Source: an uncultured bacterium (lineage in GTDB: Bacteria > Babelota > Babeliae > Babelales > Babelaceae). From it: a stretch of 64,000 bases of DNA. The notes under the pieces are model-generated. The model saw only the letters and a list, made by a program, of their open reading frames with translations, did no database searches and was not told the DNA's origin. The position numbers and the translations under genes were made by a program. The stretch covers positions 160,001 through 224,000 of the forward strand of contig OY970209.1 in the NCBI GenBank assembly GCA_963713855.1. Direction: 5' to 3'. Each line of letters opens with the position of its first letter. The first letter of the stretch is position 1. This document shows positions 8,124-17,745 of the stretch, piece by piece.

Positions 8124-9188
8124 CTAGCGTATTTTAAGCGTCATAAGTGACACAAGACAAAGAATTAATGAAACGAGCGCAAAACGAACGGTAATTTGTG
8201 CCTCAGGCCACCCGAGAAGCTCGAAGTGATGATGGAGTGGCGCCATTCTAAAGATGCGCTTTTTGCGTAACTTGTATGACCAGACCTGCAATATCACTGA
8301 AAGCGTTTCTAAGACAAAAAGGCCCCCCGAAATAGCTAAAAGCAGTTCTTGCTTTGCCATGAGCGCCATAAGCGCTAAGCCGCTACCTAAGGCTAAAGAT
8401 CCGACGTCCCCCATAAAAATCTGAGCAGGGTACGCGTTATACCACAAAAACCCAAGCGAGGCACCAATAAGCGTAGCTCCTATTACAGCAACCTCGGCAT
8501 TGCCCATAAAAGGTATATGAAGGTAGTTTGAAAAAATCGCATGTCCGGACACATATAAAAGACCGGTAAATGTGGCAAAATTAGAAACAAGCGACCCAAT
8601 AGCAAGACCGTCAAGGCCATCTGTTAGATTGACCGCGTTACTAGCACCTACCAAGAGAAACATAGCCCAAGGAACAAATAAAAGGCCCAGCTCCGGCATA
8701 CAGTGCTTAAAAAAAGGAAGGCATAAGGCTGTTGACGGGCTGCACCAGTAGATCCAAGCCATCGTAATGATAAGAGCAACAGCTATCTGAGCCAACAACT
8801 TTTTTCTCTCAGAAATGCCTCTATGCCCTTTAATTTTGGACCAGTCGTCCCAAAGACCTATCGCTCCAAACCCGCAAAGGCACGCTAGAAAAACCCAAAC
8901 GGCAGGCTTTAACCAGTTGCACCACAACAGACTCGAAAGAAGAACAACACCCAAAATAAAAAGGCCGCCCATGGTGGGCATACCATCTTTTGCCTTATGC
9001 GTTTTAGGGGCATGTTCACGAGCCTTAGAGCGGAACCACAAACGCGATTGCCTTATAAACCAATTTCCCCAGATAAAAGAAAAGAGAAGCGAAGTTAATA
9101 GAGCTGCCATCGTTCGAAAACTTACGTAATGAACAACGTTAAAAACGCTCAATGAAGGTTTTAAAACGAGTGCTAGATGGTATAACAT
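8124..9188 (-). CDS. mraY: Phospho-N-acetylmuramoyl-pentapeptide transferase
   Basis: PTMGGL, GLWDD, NAVNLTDGLDGLA, IFMGDVGSL and MAPLHHHFE motifs. Confidence 0.98.
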   Translation of the reverse strand: MLYHLALVLKPSLSVFNVVHYVSFRTMAALLTSLLFSFIWGNWFIRQSRLWFRSKAREHAPKTHKAKDGMPTMGGLFILGVVLLSSLLWCNWLKPAVWVFLACLCGFGAIGLWDDWSKIKGHRGISERKKLLAQIAVALIITMAWIYWCSPSTALCLPFFKHCMPELGLLFVPWAMFLLVGASNAVNLTDGLDGLAIGSLVSNFATFTGLLYVSGHAIFSNYLHIPFMGNAEVAVIGATLIGASLGFLWYNAYPAQIFMGDVGSLALGSGLALMALMAKQELLLAISGGLFVLETLSVILQVWSYKLRKKRIFRMAPLHHHFELLGWPEAQITVRFALVSLILCLVSLMTLKIR

Positions 9189-9330
9189 GTTTTTAGCCAG
9201 TTAAGGTTGTACCTTGTAAGTATATCAGACATTACCCGACGACTGTAAGCTTGCGAATTTTGATTTTCCCCCAAAATGAGATATAGTTATTAGAAATTCA
9301 TTTAGTGAAAAAATGTAAAATAGGCAGAAC

Positions 9331-10017
9331 ATGAAAAACATTACTAGACTATTTTTTATTACGATCATGTTACTATCGGGCGTTCATGTAATTCAAGGTA
9401 TGGAAAAAGGAGAAAACGAAGTTAAAAAGCAAGAAGCTCGTTGTCTTTTGTGCTTTCAGAAAATAGACTCCTCGCCTGATTGCTTAATTCTTTTAGCCTT
9501 CCATAGGGATTGCTTAAACGCCTTCTTAGCCTCGCTCAATGATGAAGTTGATGCAGATAAAGTGGTACGAATTTTTGAAGAACAGTGCAATCAAATTGAG
9601 AACAATCAAAGAGAAAATCCGAACGAAGAAGTAACAAGAAGACATCTTACAAGATCAGAGCTCAAAGATTTAGTTGACACCTATCTAAGAGACACGCGAC
9701 AAGTAAGAGACGATAATAATAGCGCGATTGCTAATGCTCATTCATTAGCGACGGTACCAAGCCCATCTGGAAATGCTATAAGCACAGTTATGGTATTTAA
9801 CACCACATTAAACATTTCTGACACGGGAATGGTAAGATCTAACTCTCAGACACTTAACGGCAGTATGTATTGTGCCATGGCAAACACCAGTTTAAATAAT
9901 ATAACAATATATAGCGTAAACAACTCCACCTTCAATCTTATTTCAACCATCCCTGTTTCAAGCGTCTTACCAAGAGTACAGGAAAAAACCGGTGATGAAG
10001 AGATCTTACCTTTTTAG
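9331..10017 (+). CDS. Exported hypothetical protein with degenerate RING-like motif and Asn/Ser/Thr-rich C-terminal region
   Basis: Signal peptide followed by GMEK; CLLC-x9-C-x6-HRDC pattern. Confidence 0.6.
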   Translation: MKNITRLFFITIMLLSGVHVIQGMEKGENEVKKQEARCLLCFQKIDSSPDCLILLAFHRDCLNAFLASLNDEVDADKVVRIFEEQCNQIENNQRENPNEEVTRRHLTRSELKDLVDTYLRDTRQVRDDNNSAIANAHSLATVPSPSGNAISTVMVFNTTLNISDTGMVRSNSQTLNGSMYCAMANTSLNNITIYSVNNSTFNLISTIPVSSVLPRVQEKTGDEEILPF

Positions 10018-10202
10018 CGATGAGCATCAGAATTGAACTTAATGATTTGCTAATAATCTGTGTTCAGGTTTTCCTCTTAAAACTAGATTGGGTATTCTTA
10101 AAGAAGATAGATGACTTTCAGCTGGTATAGTAAAAGCTGTTGCTTGAACTTTAAAAATTCTGCTAAGGTACTGGCAAGATACTATACCTACTTTCTGAAG
10201 GA

Positions 10203-11114
10203 GTGCTCATGTATACGCGCAAGATAGCCCTTCTCATAGCACTTATTATCTGCCATTCACTCTATTGCAAGAAGGCAGTGGATCAAAGCTGGAGCGGCGA
10301 TTACTACAATGAGCACTCAGACCCTCAATATAAAGTAGCCATGTCTATGCTTAAAGATAATAAGCTCCGGGATTACCAAAACATATTAGATATTGGCTGT
10401 GGTAGCGGAAAAATAACAGAAAAGATCGCTTCAATGTCACCAAATGCTACTATCGAAGCGATTGATGCTTCAGAAAATATGGTTAATGCGGCACGCAGGA
10501 AATACACAAAACTTGATAAGGTACGTTTTAGTGTTGAGGACGCTCAAAAGTTACCTTATAAAGAAAAATTTGATTTAGTGATCTCGTGCTCATGCATACA
10601 CTGGATTAAGGACAAAAAAGCACTTTTCGATGGAATTGCAAAGGCTCTAAAACCAGAGGGCATGGTTCTTATTGTTGGTTGTGCAAAAAGCGATAAAAAC
10701 CCTATATCCAAAGCAATACTAGAGCTTAAAGATATACTGCCCTGGAGCTTATTCCTTGCAGATGTTGACCCTGATACACAATTTTTCCCCATAGAAAAAG
10801 AATCAGCAGAAAAAGCTCTTACAAAAGCAGGCTTGGAGCCCCTGGAAGTTAATGAAATTTTCTTCCCGCTCACCTTCAAGAACAAGGATGACATGGCTAA
10901 CTGGATATTCGGGTGGCTCGGTGGGGTGAGTGCTCTTTCAAAGTTGACGGATGAGAATAGAAAACTGTTTGCTCAAACGGTGGCAGAACATTACTCTATG
11001 AAGGCGCCAAGAGGTAAGAGAGGTTCAATTATCTATAACTGGCCACTAGCCATTATAAAAGCAAAAAAACAACCAGCTACCAGCCATGCTCAGAATAGCA
11101 CACCCCCTTCTTGA
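10203..11114 (+). CDS. Class I SAM-dependent methyltransferase (trans-aconitate methyltransferase-like) with signal peptide
   Basis: ILDIGCGSG, IDASENMV, FDLVISCSCIHWI and LKPEG motifs; hydrophobic N-terminus. Confidence 0.85.
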   Translation: MLMYTRKIALLIALIICHSLYCKKAVDQSWSGDYYNEHSDPQYKVAMSMLKDNKLRDYQNILDIGCGSGKITEKIASMSPNATIEAIDASENMVNAARRKYTKLDKVRFSVEDAQKLPYKEKFDLVISCSCIHWIKDKKALFDGIAKALKPEGMVLIVGCAKSDKNPISKAILELKDILPWSLFLADVDPDTQFFPIEKESAEKALTKAGLEPLEVNEIFFPLTFKNKDDMANWIFGWLGGVSALSKLTDENRKLFAQTVAEHYSMKAPRGKRGSIIYNWPLAIIKAKKQPATSHAQNSTPPS

Positions 11115-11523
11115 CAGACTCTATCATCTGCTTATTTGCAGGTATAATGTCTTCAGGTAAGTCATCTAGCCCGAACCACTCGATGACACTGTGTTTATGG
11201 GGCTCTTTATTATAAGGAACGCCTTGCCACCTTTGCACTTTAAACACAAATGCAACAAGCTCCTCGTGAGTTCCTTTTCTATGCAAAGCATGCGCGAATA
11301 CAAGATCTTCTTCTTCAATTAATATCCCTACTTCCTCAAAAGCCTCCCTTGTTGCAGCTTTACGAAAAGTCTCCCCTTTTTCTACTTTACCACCTATGAG
11401 CGAATACTGATTGTTTGCAAAAAGAGCATTCGTTCTTTTAAGAAGGAGCACCTTGTTATCACAAAGCGCAAGCACCAGGACAAACGGTACAACGGTATGC
11501 ATGACTTGAACCTTTAAAAACAC
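11077..11523 (-). CDS. NUDIX hydrolase
   Basis: Nudix box GGKVEKGETFRKAATREAFEEVGI; NKEPHKHS motif. Confidence 0.92.
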   Translation of the reverse strand: MFLKVQVMHTVVPFVLVLALCDNKVLLLKRTNALFANNQYSLIGGKVEKGETFRKAATREAFEEVGILIEEEDLVFAHALHRKGTHEELVAFVFKVQRWQGVPYNKEPHKHSVIEWFGLDDLPEDIIPANKQMIESVKKGVCYSEHGW

Positions 11524-11701
11524 TCTCTTTTATAGTCTAGCTTTTTTTATGGAAATACCCCACTTTTTCGCCCTGTTATTTTTTTGATTTACTCGATGAA
11601 AAAAGTATTCTGCTTGACATAAAATTTAAATAAACTACAATTACACATGTGATATATAAGCAAATATTATTTCACTTAAGATCTAGAAAAGGAAATTTGA
11701 C

Positions 11702-12307
11702 ATGTTAAAGTCATTCACTGTTAAAGCAGTTGCTTATAGCATTGCTCTGGCGTTAGCTCTTCCTATGATGAGCTCAACAGCTTTTGCAAGGCCTCGTAAA
11801 GCTACTAAAACAGCAACAACTAAGACAACAAGAAAGCCGGCGGCAAAAAAAGCAGCTCCTTCGAGAAAGCCAGCTGCAAAACGTCCAGCAACTGCGGCAA
11901 AAAACCAAACACGCGGTAAAAAGCCTGCAGCAAAACCAGCAAAACCGGCAAAGCCAGCCCCAAAAGCAGCTCCTGGTAATCCAGAATCAGAAGCACAAGA
12001 GCTTGTTGCCCGATTTCTCGATGACAAAGACAACAGCATCAGCTGGTTGTGCACCGTAGATAAGCTGACAACAATTCTTAAAGGGCAAAGAAAATACAAC
12101 GCTGCTCTTGCAAGCTTAAAAGCAACACGTAACGTACAAAATCCTATTGCTATAGGAAAAAAGCTTGAAGCTCAATTCAAATCACCTGCTGGTATTGATC
12201 TTCTAAATGAAAAATCATCAACTCTCATCTATAGCTACTCTAAGATACAGCTTCTCAACCTCATGAAAAAGCGTATTAAGCTTAACGGCAAAGTACCTTG
12301 TTCTTAA
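11702..12307 (+). CDS. Exported protein with histone H1-like Lys/Ala/Pro-rich region and a helical C-terminal domain (paralogue 1 of 3)
   Basis: Signal peptide ending TAFA; KPAAKK-type repeats; C-terminal domain resembles the next two ORFs. Confidence 0.75.
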   Translation: MLKSFTVKAVAYSIALALALPMMSSTAFARPRKATKTATTKTTRKPAAKKAAPSRKPAAKRPATAAKNQTRGKKPAAKPAKPAKPAPKAAPGNPESEAQELVARFLDDKDNSISWLCTVDKLTTILKGQRKYNAALASLKATRNVQNPIAIGKKLEAQFKSPAGIDLLNEKSSTLIYSYSKIQLLNLMKKRIKLNGKVPCS

Positions 12308-12317
12308 ATTCTTTCGT

Positions 12318-12346
12318 AGCACGCCCTCTTTAAAATTGGGCGTGCT
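12318..12346 (+). terminator. Intergenic stem-loop (terminator or mRNA-stabilising hairpin)
   Basis: AGCACGCCC / GGGCGTGCT 9-bp inverted repeat right after the stop of 11702-12307. Confidence 0.5.
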
Positions 12347-12371
12347 CGTCTTTAATGTAGAAAGGAACATA

Positions 12372-12794
12372 ATGGTTCGTTATACACGTATAAGTGCATT
12401 ATTGCTGATCAGCGCCCTGTTATGCAACGGAATACAGGCTTTGGCAACGGTAAAATGCAAGCCTCATACTGAAAACAAAATGAAAACCCTTTTTAATAAA
12501 CTCGTTACCGTCGGAAACACATACGGCTGGAAAGAGTTCAGCCATCAAGCAAGCGAGGCCTTTGCTCAAGATGCAATCTGTAAAGACATGGCCGAAGTCT
12601 TTAAAAGTTTAGAAAACTCTCAAAACCCGATATGGGTGGGAGTAAAATTAAACGCTTATTTAAATAGGCTACCTAAAGAAATTGATGCGACGATCAAAGC
12701 ATTAGGCGTACTGAAGCTTAAAAGTATCATAGAAGAAAAAATGGCAATTAAAAAACCAGCTTCAACGCACCATCATCGCCACGACGAGCTTTAA
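12372..12794 (+). CDS. Exported helical protein ending in HDEL (paralogue 2 of 3)
   Basis: ORF 12336-12794. ATG 12372 follows an AAGGA RBS and starts a signal peptide. WKEF...QNPIWVGVKL motif shared with its neighbours. Confidence 0.75.
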   Translation: MVRYTRISALLLISALLCNGIQALATVKCKPHTENKMKTLFNKLVTVGNTYGWKEFSHQASEAFAQDAICKDMAEVFKSLENSQNPIWVGVKLNAYLNRLPKEIDATIKALGVLKLKSIIEEKMAIKKPASTHHHRHDEL

Positions 12795-12807
12795 AGATCT
12801 TACTTCC

Positions 12808-12831
12808 AGGAGCAGGTTCTAGCCTGCTCCT
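12808..12831 (+). terminator. Intergenic stem-loop
   Basis: AGGAGCAGG / CCTGCTCCT 9-bp perfect inverted repeat with a 6-nt loop; no U-tract on the + strand. Confidence 0.5.
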
Positions 12832-12850
12832 ACAAAAAGATAAAACAGTT

Positions 12851-13285
12851 ATGATAGCAAAAAAATCTCTCCTTTTGAGCTTAGCTTTGATTTCTAACTG
12901 TTTATATGCATTTCCAGAAAAATCCCCTGTTTTACCAAAACCAGTTGTAGCTGAAGTGAAAGCCGCACCTAGCCCCATTGAAAAGATAGATGATGAGGCA
13001 TGCTTTCTTATCAATAAACTTATCAATCTTGAAGACAAAAGCCTTAACTGGAAGGATTTTTGTAACCAGATGGCCACGATTTACGATAAGGACGTAAAGT
13101 TTAAAAGTCTTTCAGAAACCTTCAGATCACTTTCATTATCGACAAATACTTATTACATTGGTTACCAGCTTTCCTGGTATAAAAGCATATTACCACCAAA
13201 AACGTATACTTTACTCTATAAATACTCCTCTAGCGAGCTCAGTCATTTTATAGCTGAACGGATCAAGCTTAACCCAAGGCCTTAA
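12851..13285 (+). CDS. Exported helical protein (paralogue 3 of 3)
   Basis: Signal peptide ending CLYA; WKDF...NTYYIGYQL...RIKLN pattern. Confidence 0.75.
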   Translation: MIAKKSLLLSLALISNCLYAFPEKSPVLPKPVVAEVKAAPSPIEKIDDEACFLINKLINLEDKSLNWKDFCNQMATIYDKDVKFKSLSETFRSLSLSTNTYYIGYQLSWYKSILPPKTYTLLYKYSSSELSHFIAERIKLNPRP

Positions 13286-13377
13286 CCGATTAGCGCGATA
13301 CGTATTCTTACGATATACTATGTAGTATGATAATACTGTCTTTAAGGATGAACCCATCTACGCTCTTGATATAACCT

Positions 13378-15231
13378 ATGAGTAAGAACTTTTGCGCCTC
13401 CTTTGATGTTATCGTTGTTGGTGGTGGTCACGCCGGTATTGAAGCTGCTTATGCTGCAGCTCGTATGGGCTCTAGCACACTTATGATTACCCTTAATATT
13501 GACCGTATTGGGCATATGCCCTGTAACCCGGCTATAGGCGGTATTGGTAAAGGGCACATGGTATTTGAGATTAGTGCCTTAGGTGGGCTTATGCCAAAGC
13601 TTGCAACAAAGTCATACCTTCAAGCGCGCATGCTCAACACCCGAAAAGGCCCAGCTGTCCAAGGTTTACGTCTCCAGATAGATAAGTTTGCTTACAACAA
13701 GTTAAGCAAAGAATACCTTGCCCACGTTCCAAATTTAACAATAGTCATGGGCATGGTTGAAGAGGTACTTCTTGCAGCCGATGGATCAATAGAAGGTATA
13801 CGCACACGTGAAGGAGCAGCGTACAAGGGCAAAACAGTTGTTTTGACGACAGGAACTTTCTTGAATGGCCTTATTCACGTTGGTCAAACGAATTACACCG
13901 CAGGACGCCAGGGCGAAGAAGCTTCTACCTCGCTTTCCCACTTTCTAAAGGGCTTGACGCTTGATCTTGGCCGATTAAAAACGGGAACACCTGCACGCTT
14001 ATTGCGATCAAGTCTCGATTTTTCAAAAATGGAATGCCAGGGGTCAGATGATCTTGAGTATCTTTTTGAATTTAAACCACATAAGGTCAAGCACGTCTTA
14101 CCGTGCTATATTACGTACACAAATCAAAACACGCATGATATCATTAGCCAAAATGCAGCCCATTCTCCCATTTATAGCGGCAAAATCAAGGGAATAGCCC
14201 CGCGCTATTGTCCATCAATTGAAGATAAAATTTCACGATTTGCCCACAAGTCGAGCCATCACGTTTTTGTAGAGCCTGAAGGGCTTAATAGCGAAGAGAT
14301 GTATCCTAACGGTCTATCGACATCGCTTCCTCTTGCTGTCCAAAATGAATTTTTACGCACTATAGAAGGTTTTCAAAACGTTATTATCACAAGGCCAGGT
14401 TACGCGATCGAGTACGACTTTGTGTTGCCGTCACAACTAAAACACACACTTGAGCTTAAAAAGCTCGCGGGGCTTTTTCTTGCCGGCCAAATAAACGGTA
14501 CGACCGGTTACGAAGAAGCTGCCGGTCAAGGTATTATGGCGGGCATCAACGCACACCTGACCGCTCACAACAAAAAACCGTTCATTTTAGAAAGGCACGA
14601 TGGCTACATAGGTATTATGATCGATGACCTTGTCACCATGGGTGTCGATGAGCCTTATAGAATGTTCACCTCAAGAGCCGAATGCCGACTGACAATACGA
14701 CAAGATAATACTTTTAAGCGCCTATCTAAGCGAGCTTACGAGCTTGGGTTAATTGATTCTGAACTCTATGACGACATTGCCCAGGAAAATGAAGCTATCG
14801 ACAAGCGAGTGGATGTTGTGCAAAAAAAATACGGCATAGAAATTACACGTATGCTCTCACAAGGAGACGTAGAAGCTGTTATGAAGCTCATTGAAGGCGC
14901 GGAAGAAAGTCCGTTGTCAAAAAGGGCCCTTCAGAGTGTTTATGCAGAACTACTCTATGCTCCATACTTAAAACGGGAAGCGCGTGAAATTGAAAAGAGC
15001 CAGGCCTATCAAGAGCTTCCAGTACCGGCAGATATGAACTTTAAAAACGTGCCCGGACTATCTATAGAATTACAACAAAAACTAGCAAAATATCGCCCTT
15101 TAACGATTGCCGCTGCTGCCCGCATTCCAGGAATGACACCTGCTGCAATAGCACTTCTTATTTTTAGAATACGCGAGTGTGCAAAAGATAGTGACCTTCA
15201 ATGCCCTAACGATCCCCAAGACAATGATTAA
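13378..15231 (+). CDS. mnmG: tRNA uridine-5-carboxymethylaminomethyl(34) synthesis enzyme MnmG (GidA)
   Basis: VVGGGHAGIEAA, CNPAIGG, RLKTGTP, PRYCPSIEDK, AGQINGTTGYEEAA and EPYRMFTSRAE motifs. Confidence 0.99.
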   Translation: MSKNFCASFDVIVVGGGHAGIEAAYAAARMGSSTLMITLNIDRIGHMPCNPAIGGIGKGHMVFEISALGGLMPKLATKSYLQARMLNTRKGPAVQGLRLQIDKFAYNKLSKEYLAHVPNLTIVMGMVEEVLLAADGSIEGIRTREGAAYKGKTVVLTTGTFLNGLIHVGQTNYTAGRQGEEASTSLSHFLKGLTLDLGRLKTGTPARLLRSSLDFSKMECQGSDDLEYLFEFKPHKVKHVLPCYITYTNQNTHDIISQNAAHSPIYSGKIKGIAPRYCPSIEDKISRFAHKSSHHVFVEPEGLNSEEMYPNGLSTSLPLAVQNEFLRTIEGFQNVIITRPGYAIEYDFVLPSQLKHTLELKKLAGLFLAGQINGTTGYEEAAGQGIMAGINAHLTAHNKKPFILERHDGYIGIMIDDLVTMGVDEPYRMFTSRAECRLTIRQDNTFKRLSKRAYELGLIDSELYDDIAQENEAIDKRVDVVQKKYGIEITRMLSQGDVEAVMKLIEGAEESPLSKRALQSVYAELLYAPYLKREAREIEKSQAYQELPVPADMNFKNVPGLSIELQQKLAKYRPLTIAAAARIPGMTPAAIALLIFRIRECAKDSDLQCPNDPQDND

Positions 15232-16009
15232 GATTTATCCACTTACACTGCCCCTTTTTGGTTCGATTGCCATCCAAGGCTACGGGCTCATGGTGGCTCT
15301 TGGTGTGGGACTTGCTTACTGGGCAATCGAACGTGATTTTAAACGCTTTAAGGTCATGGCACCGGCTACGTTCAGTACTCTTTTTGCGTGGGCCATTGGC
15401 TTTGCCATCCTCGGTGGTCGCTTTCTGTACGTTCTTGAAAAAGCTCACACCTTCACGAGCTGGAGGGACATTTTTTTTGTCTGGCAGGGCGGACTTTCCG
15501 TTCTTGGCGCGGTCATTCTTATAATAGCCTACGCCTTTTTTATTCTGCGGCACTTGAAAATCCCCTATTTTCCGTGTCTTGATATTGTCGCTATTTATGC
15601 ACCGTTAATGCATGCTTTTGGTCGCCTTGGCTGCTTGTGGGCGGGATGCTGTTACGGAGGTACTACAAATATGCCCTGGGCGATCATGTATGGAGGTAAC
15701 CCTTCGGAAGCTCCGGTGCACATACCTCTGCACCCTACACAGGCATACAGCGCTCTTATTTTTTTTGTTCTCTTTGGTATTCTAGTATGGCTTTCAAAAA
15801 AACGTCAGGTGACGACCTTGCGTGAAGGACTTCTTAGTTGCATCTACCTTTTTGGGATGTCAAGTGAGCGGTTTTTAGTTGATTTTCTGCGTGATGATCG
15901 CAGTTTATGGTTTCAAATGCTCTCACTTCACCAGCTTTTTGCGCTTTTGGTGGGTGGACTTTCGGTGGGGGTATTGGTAATGAGTAGAAAGCGTACGATA
16001 ACTACCTAA
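15224..16009 (+). CDS. lgt: Prolipoprotein diacylglyceryl transferase
   Basis: YGLM, GGRFLYV, WQGGLS, GRLGC..GCCYG, HPTQAY and RFLVDFLR motifs. ATG 15224 overlapping the mnmG stop is preferred over GTG 15179. Confidence 0.95.
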   Translation: MIKIYPLTLPLFGSIAIQGYGLMVALGVGLAYWAIERDFKRFKVMAPATFSTLFAWAIGFAILGGRFLYVLEKAHTFTSWRDIFFVWQGGLSVLGAVILIIAYAFFILRHLKIPYFPCLDIVAIYAPLMHAFGRLGCLWAGCCYGGTTNMPWAIMYGGNPSEAPVHIPLHPTQAYSALIFFVLFGILVWLSKKRQVTTLREGLLSCIYLFGMSSERFLVDFLRDDRSLWFQMLSLHQLFALLVGGLSVGVLVMSRKRTITT

Positions 16010-16011
16010 AG

Positions 16012-17745
16012 GTGGGCATGAACATTTTCGCTTTTATAAAGTCACGAGTCTCTATTACTGACGTTGTTCAAGAGTACGTGACGCTCAAAAAAATGGGCTT
16101 GTACCTAAAAGGGCAGTGTCCTTTTCATCATGAGCGCACCGGCTCTTTTACGGTCAGTCCCCACAGGGACATATTTTATTGCTTTGGCTGCCATAAGGGC
16201 GGGGATGTCATTTCTTTTATAAGCGAAGCGGAGCACTGTACACCGTTTGAAGCAGTACAGCACTTAGCTGAGCGGTACCATATTGCTTTACCAGAAGATT
16301 CGTATAACCAAGAAAAGCACGAACTCAAAACACATAAGTTAAAACGCTACAATGAACTGTGTCATCATTTTGCCCAATGGTGCCATAATCAGTTGTCGGC
16401 AGAAAACAATAATGGCGCGCTCGATTATTGCTTAAAAAGAGGCATATCGGTCGAAAGCATCAAGCACTTTACTCTAGGCTACTTTACCGAAAACGCGCTA
16501 GCAGACTTGCTTGAATACCTTAGAAGTAAAGGTTTTATCGCTCAAGACCTTATAGATGCGCACATCCTGCATAAAGGAAAGCAAGGGTTATATTCGCCCT
16601 TTAACCAGAGAATTATTTTTCCTATACGGGACTACTTGGGGAGAGTATGTGGCTTTGGTGGCAGGATATTTAAAAGTGACGATGTTCGACCCAAGTATTA
16701 CAATTCTCAGGATCATCCCTTTTTTACCAAAGGGCATGTCCTCTTTGGCCTTGATCGCGCAAAAAAAGCTATACAAAATGAGCAAAGCGCTTTTTTGGTT
16801 GAAGGGTACCTTGATTGTATAGCAATGGCCCAAGCTGGATACACCTCAACAGTTGCCACCTTGGGGACAGCAACCACCATAGACCACTTAAAACTTTTAG
16901 GACGGTATGCCCAAAGACTGTACATAGTATTTGATGGAGATAACGCCGGTCAACAAGCTATTACTAAACTTACTCACCTTTCTTGGGCTTCAGGTATGGA
17001 ATTATCAGTCATAACTCTACCCGAAAAAGAAGATCCTGCTTCACTTTTACAAAAAGAAAAAAGCATGAGCGGCCCTATAGAAAATGCACAAGATATATTC
17101 ATATTCTTTATGCAACGCTTAGGTTCAGGATACCAAACAAAGCCTATGCAAGAGCGTTTAGCCATTCTGGAAGAGCTTTTAGAGGCTATCCACTGCGTTC
17201 AAGATCCGCTTAAACGTTCATTCTTATTGCAAAAAGCGTCAGCTACCTTCAGTATACCACTCGAGGTACTCGAGCGCCCCGTTTTACCTCAAGCTGAAAA
17301 GCCTTTACCAGATCAAAAAGTATTAATACTTCCTTTAGAAAGGCAACTTTTTATGACCATATTCCGAAAAGGCCTTTCTATTAAGAAAGAGGATGAAGAA
17401 CTCATTCATAAAAACTGCAGAGAAGATGTCTCTTTACTTATTGGAAAATTACTGTTATATATTAAAGATAAAAACCCTTATCAAGAAAATGATTTTTTAG
17501 CTATGCTCTCTAATGAAGAAAGGGAGTGTGCGATTAGCCTTATTATGCATGGCGAGGAAGACCCTGAGGCGGAGATGGACGAGCTTTTAAAACCCTTATG
17601 GAAAAAAGAATGGAGAACTCAGGCGACAACCATCAAACTTCAGCTGCATCAGGCGGAGCAAACGGGCAGCCATATGGCGGTACAAGAAATTATGAAAGCA
17701 TTTACCAATTTAAAAGCGAAGATGAGAGAAAAGGGGATCTTATGA
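16012..17745 (+). CDS. dnaG: DNA primase
   Basis: [11 protein letters not shown]...YCFGC zinc finger; KYYNS; TOPRIM motifs VEGYLD and FDGDNAG. Confidence 0.98.
   Translation: MGMNIFAFIKSRVSITDVVQEYVTLKKMGLYLKGQCPFHHERTGSFTVSPHRDIFYCFGCHKGGDVISFISEAEHCTPFEAVQHLAERYHIALPEDSYNQEKHELKTHKLKRYNELCHHFAQWCHNQLSAENNNGALDYCLKRGISVESIKHFTLGYFTENALADLLEYLRSKGFIAQDLIDAHILHKGKQGLYSPFNQRIIFPIRDYLGRVCGFGGRIFKSDDVRPKYYNSQDHPFFTKGHVLFGLDRAKKAIQNEQSAFLVEGYLDCIAMAQAGYTSTVATLGTATTIDHLKLLGRYAQRLYIVFDGDNAGQQAITKLTHLSWASGMELSVITLPEKEDPASLLQKEKSMSGPIENAQDIFIFFMQRLGSGYQTKPMQERLAILEELLEAIHCVQDPLKRSFLLQKASATFSIPLEVLERPVLPQAEKPLPDQKVLILPLERQLFMTIFRKGLSIKKEDEELIHKNCREDVSLLIGKLLLYIKDKNPYQENDFLAMLSNEERECAISLIMHGEEDPEAEMDELLKPLWKKEWRTQATTIKLQLHQAEQTGSHMAVQEIMKAFTNLKAKMREKGIL

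Noticed and set aside
8124..9188. mraY isolated from the dcw cluster as a novelty
   Set aside because: Fragmented dcw clusters are common in rearranged host-associated genomes, and the gene itself is canonical.
11734..12099. Antisense and alternate-frame ORFs over the H1-like region, and the many other 60-140-aa shadow ORFs in the track
   Set aside because: They are fully nested in well-supported genes and are explained by codon bias or low complexity.
13286..13377. oriC next to mnmG/gidA
   Set aside because: The gap is only ~90 bp with no TTATCCACA DnaA boxes. The single TTATCCAAT near 707 is also insufficient.
17598..17741. N-terminal extension of RpoD (likewise LeuS 45866-45964 and Lgt 15179-15223)
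   Set aside because: These are longest-ORF artefacts; downstream ATGs with an RBS or stop/start coupling fit better.
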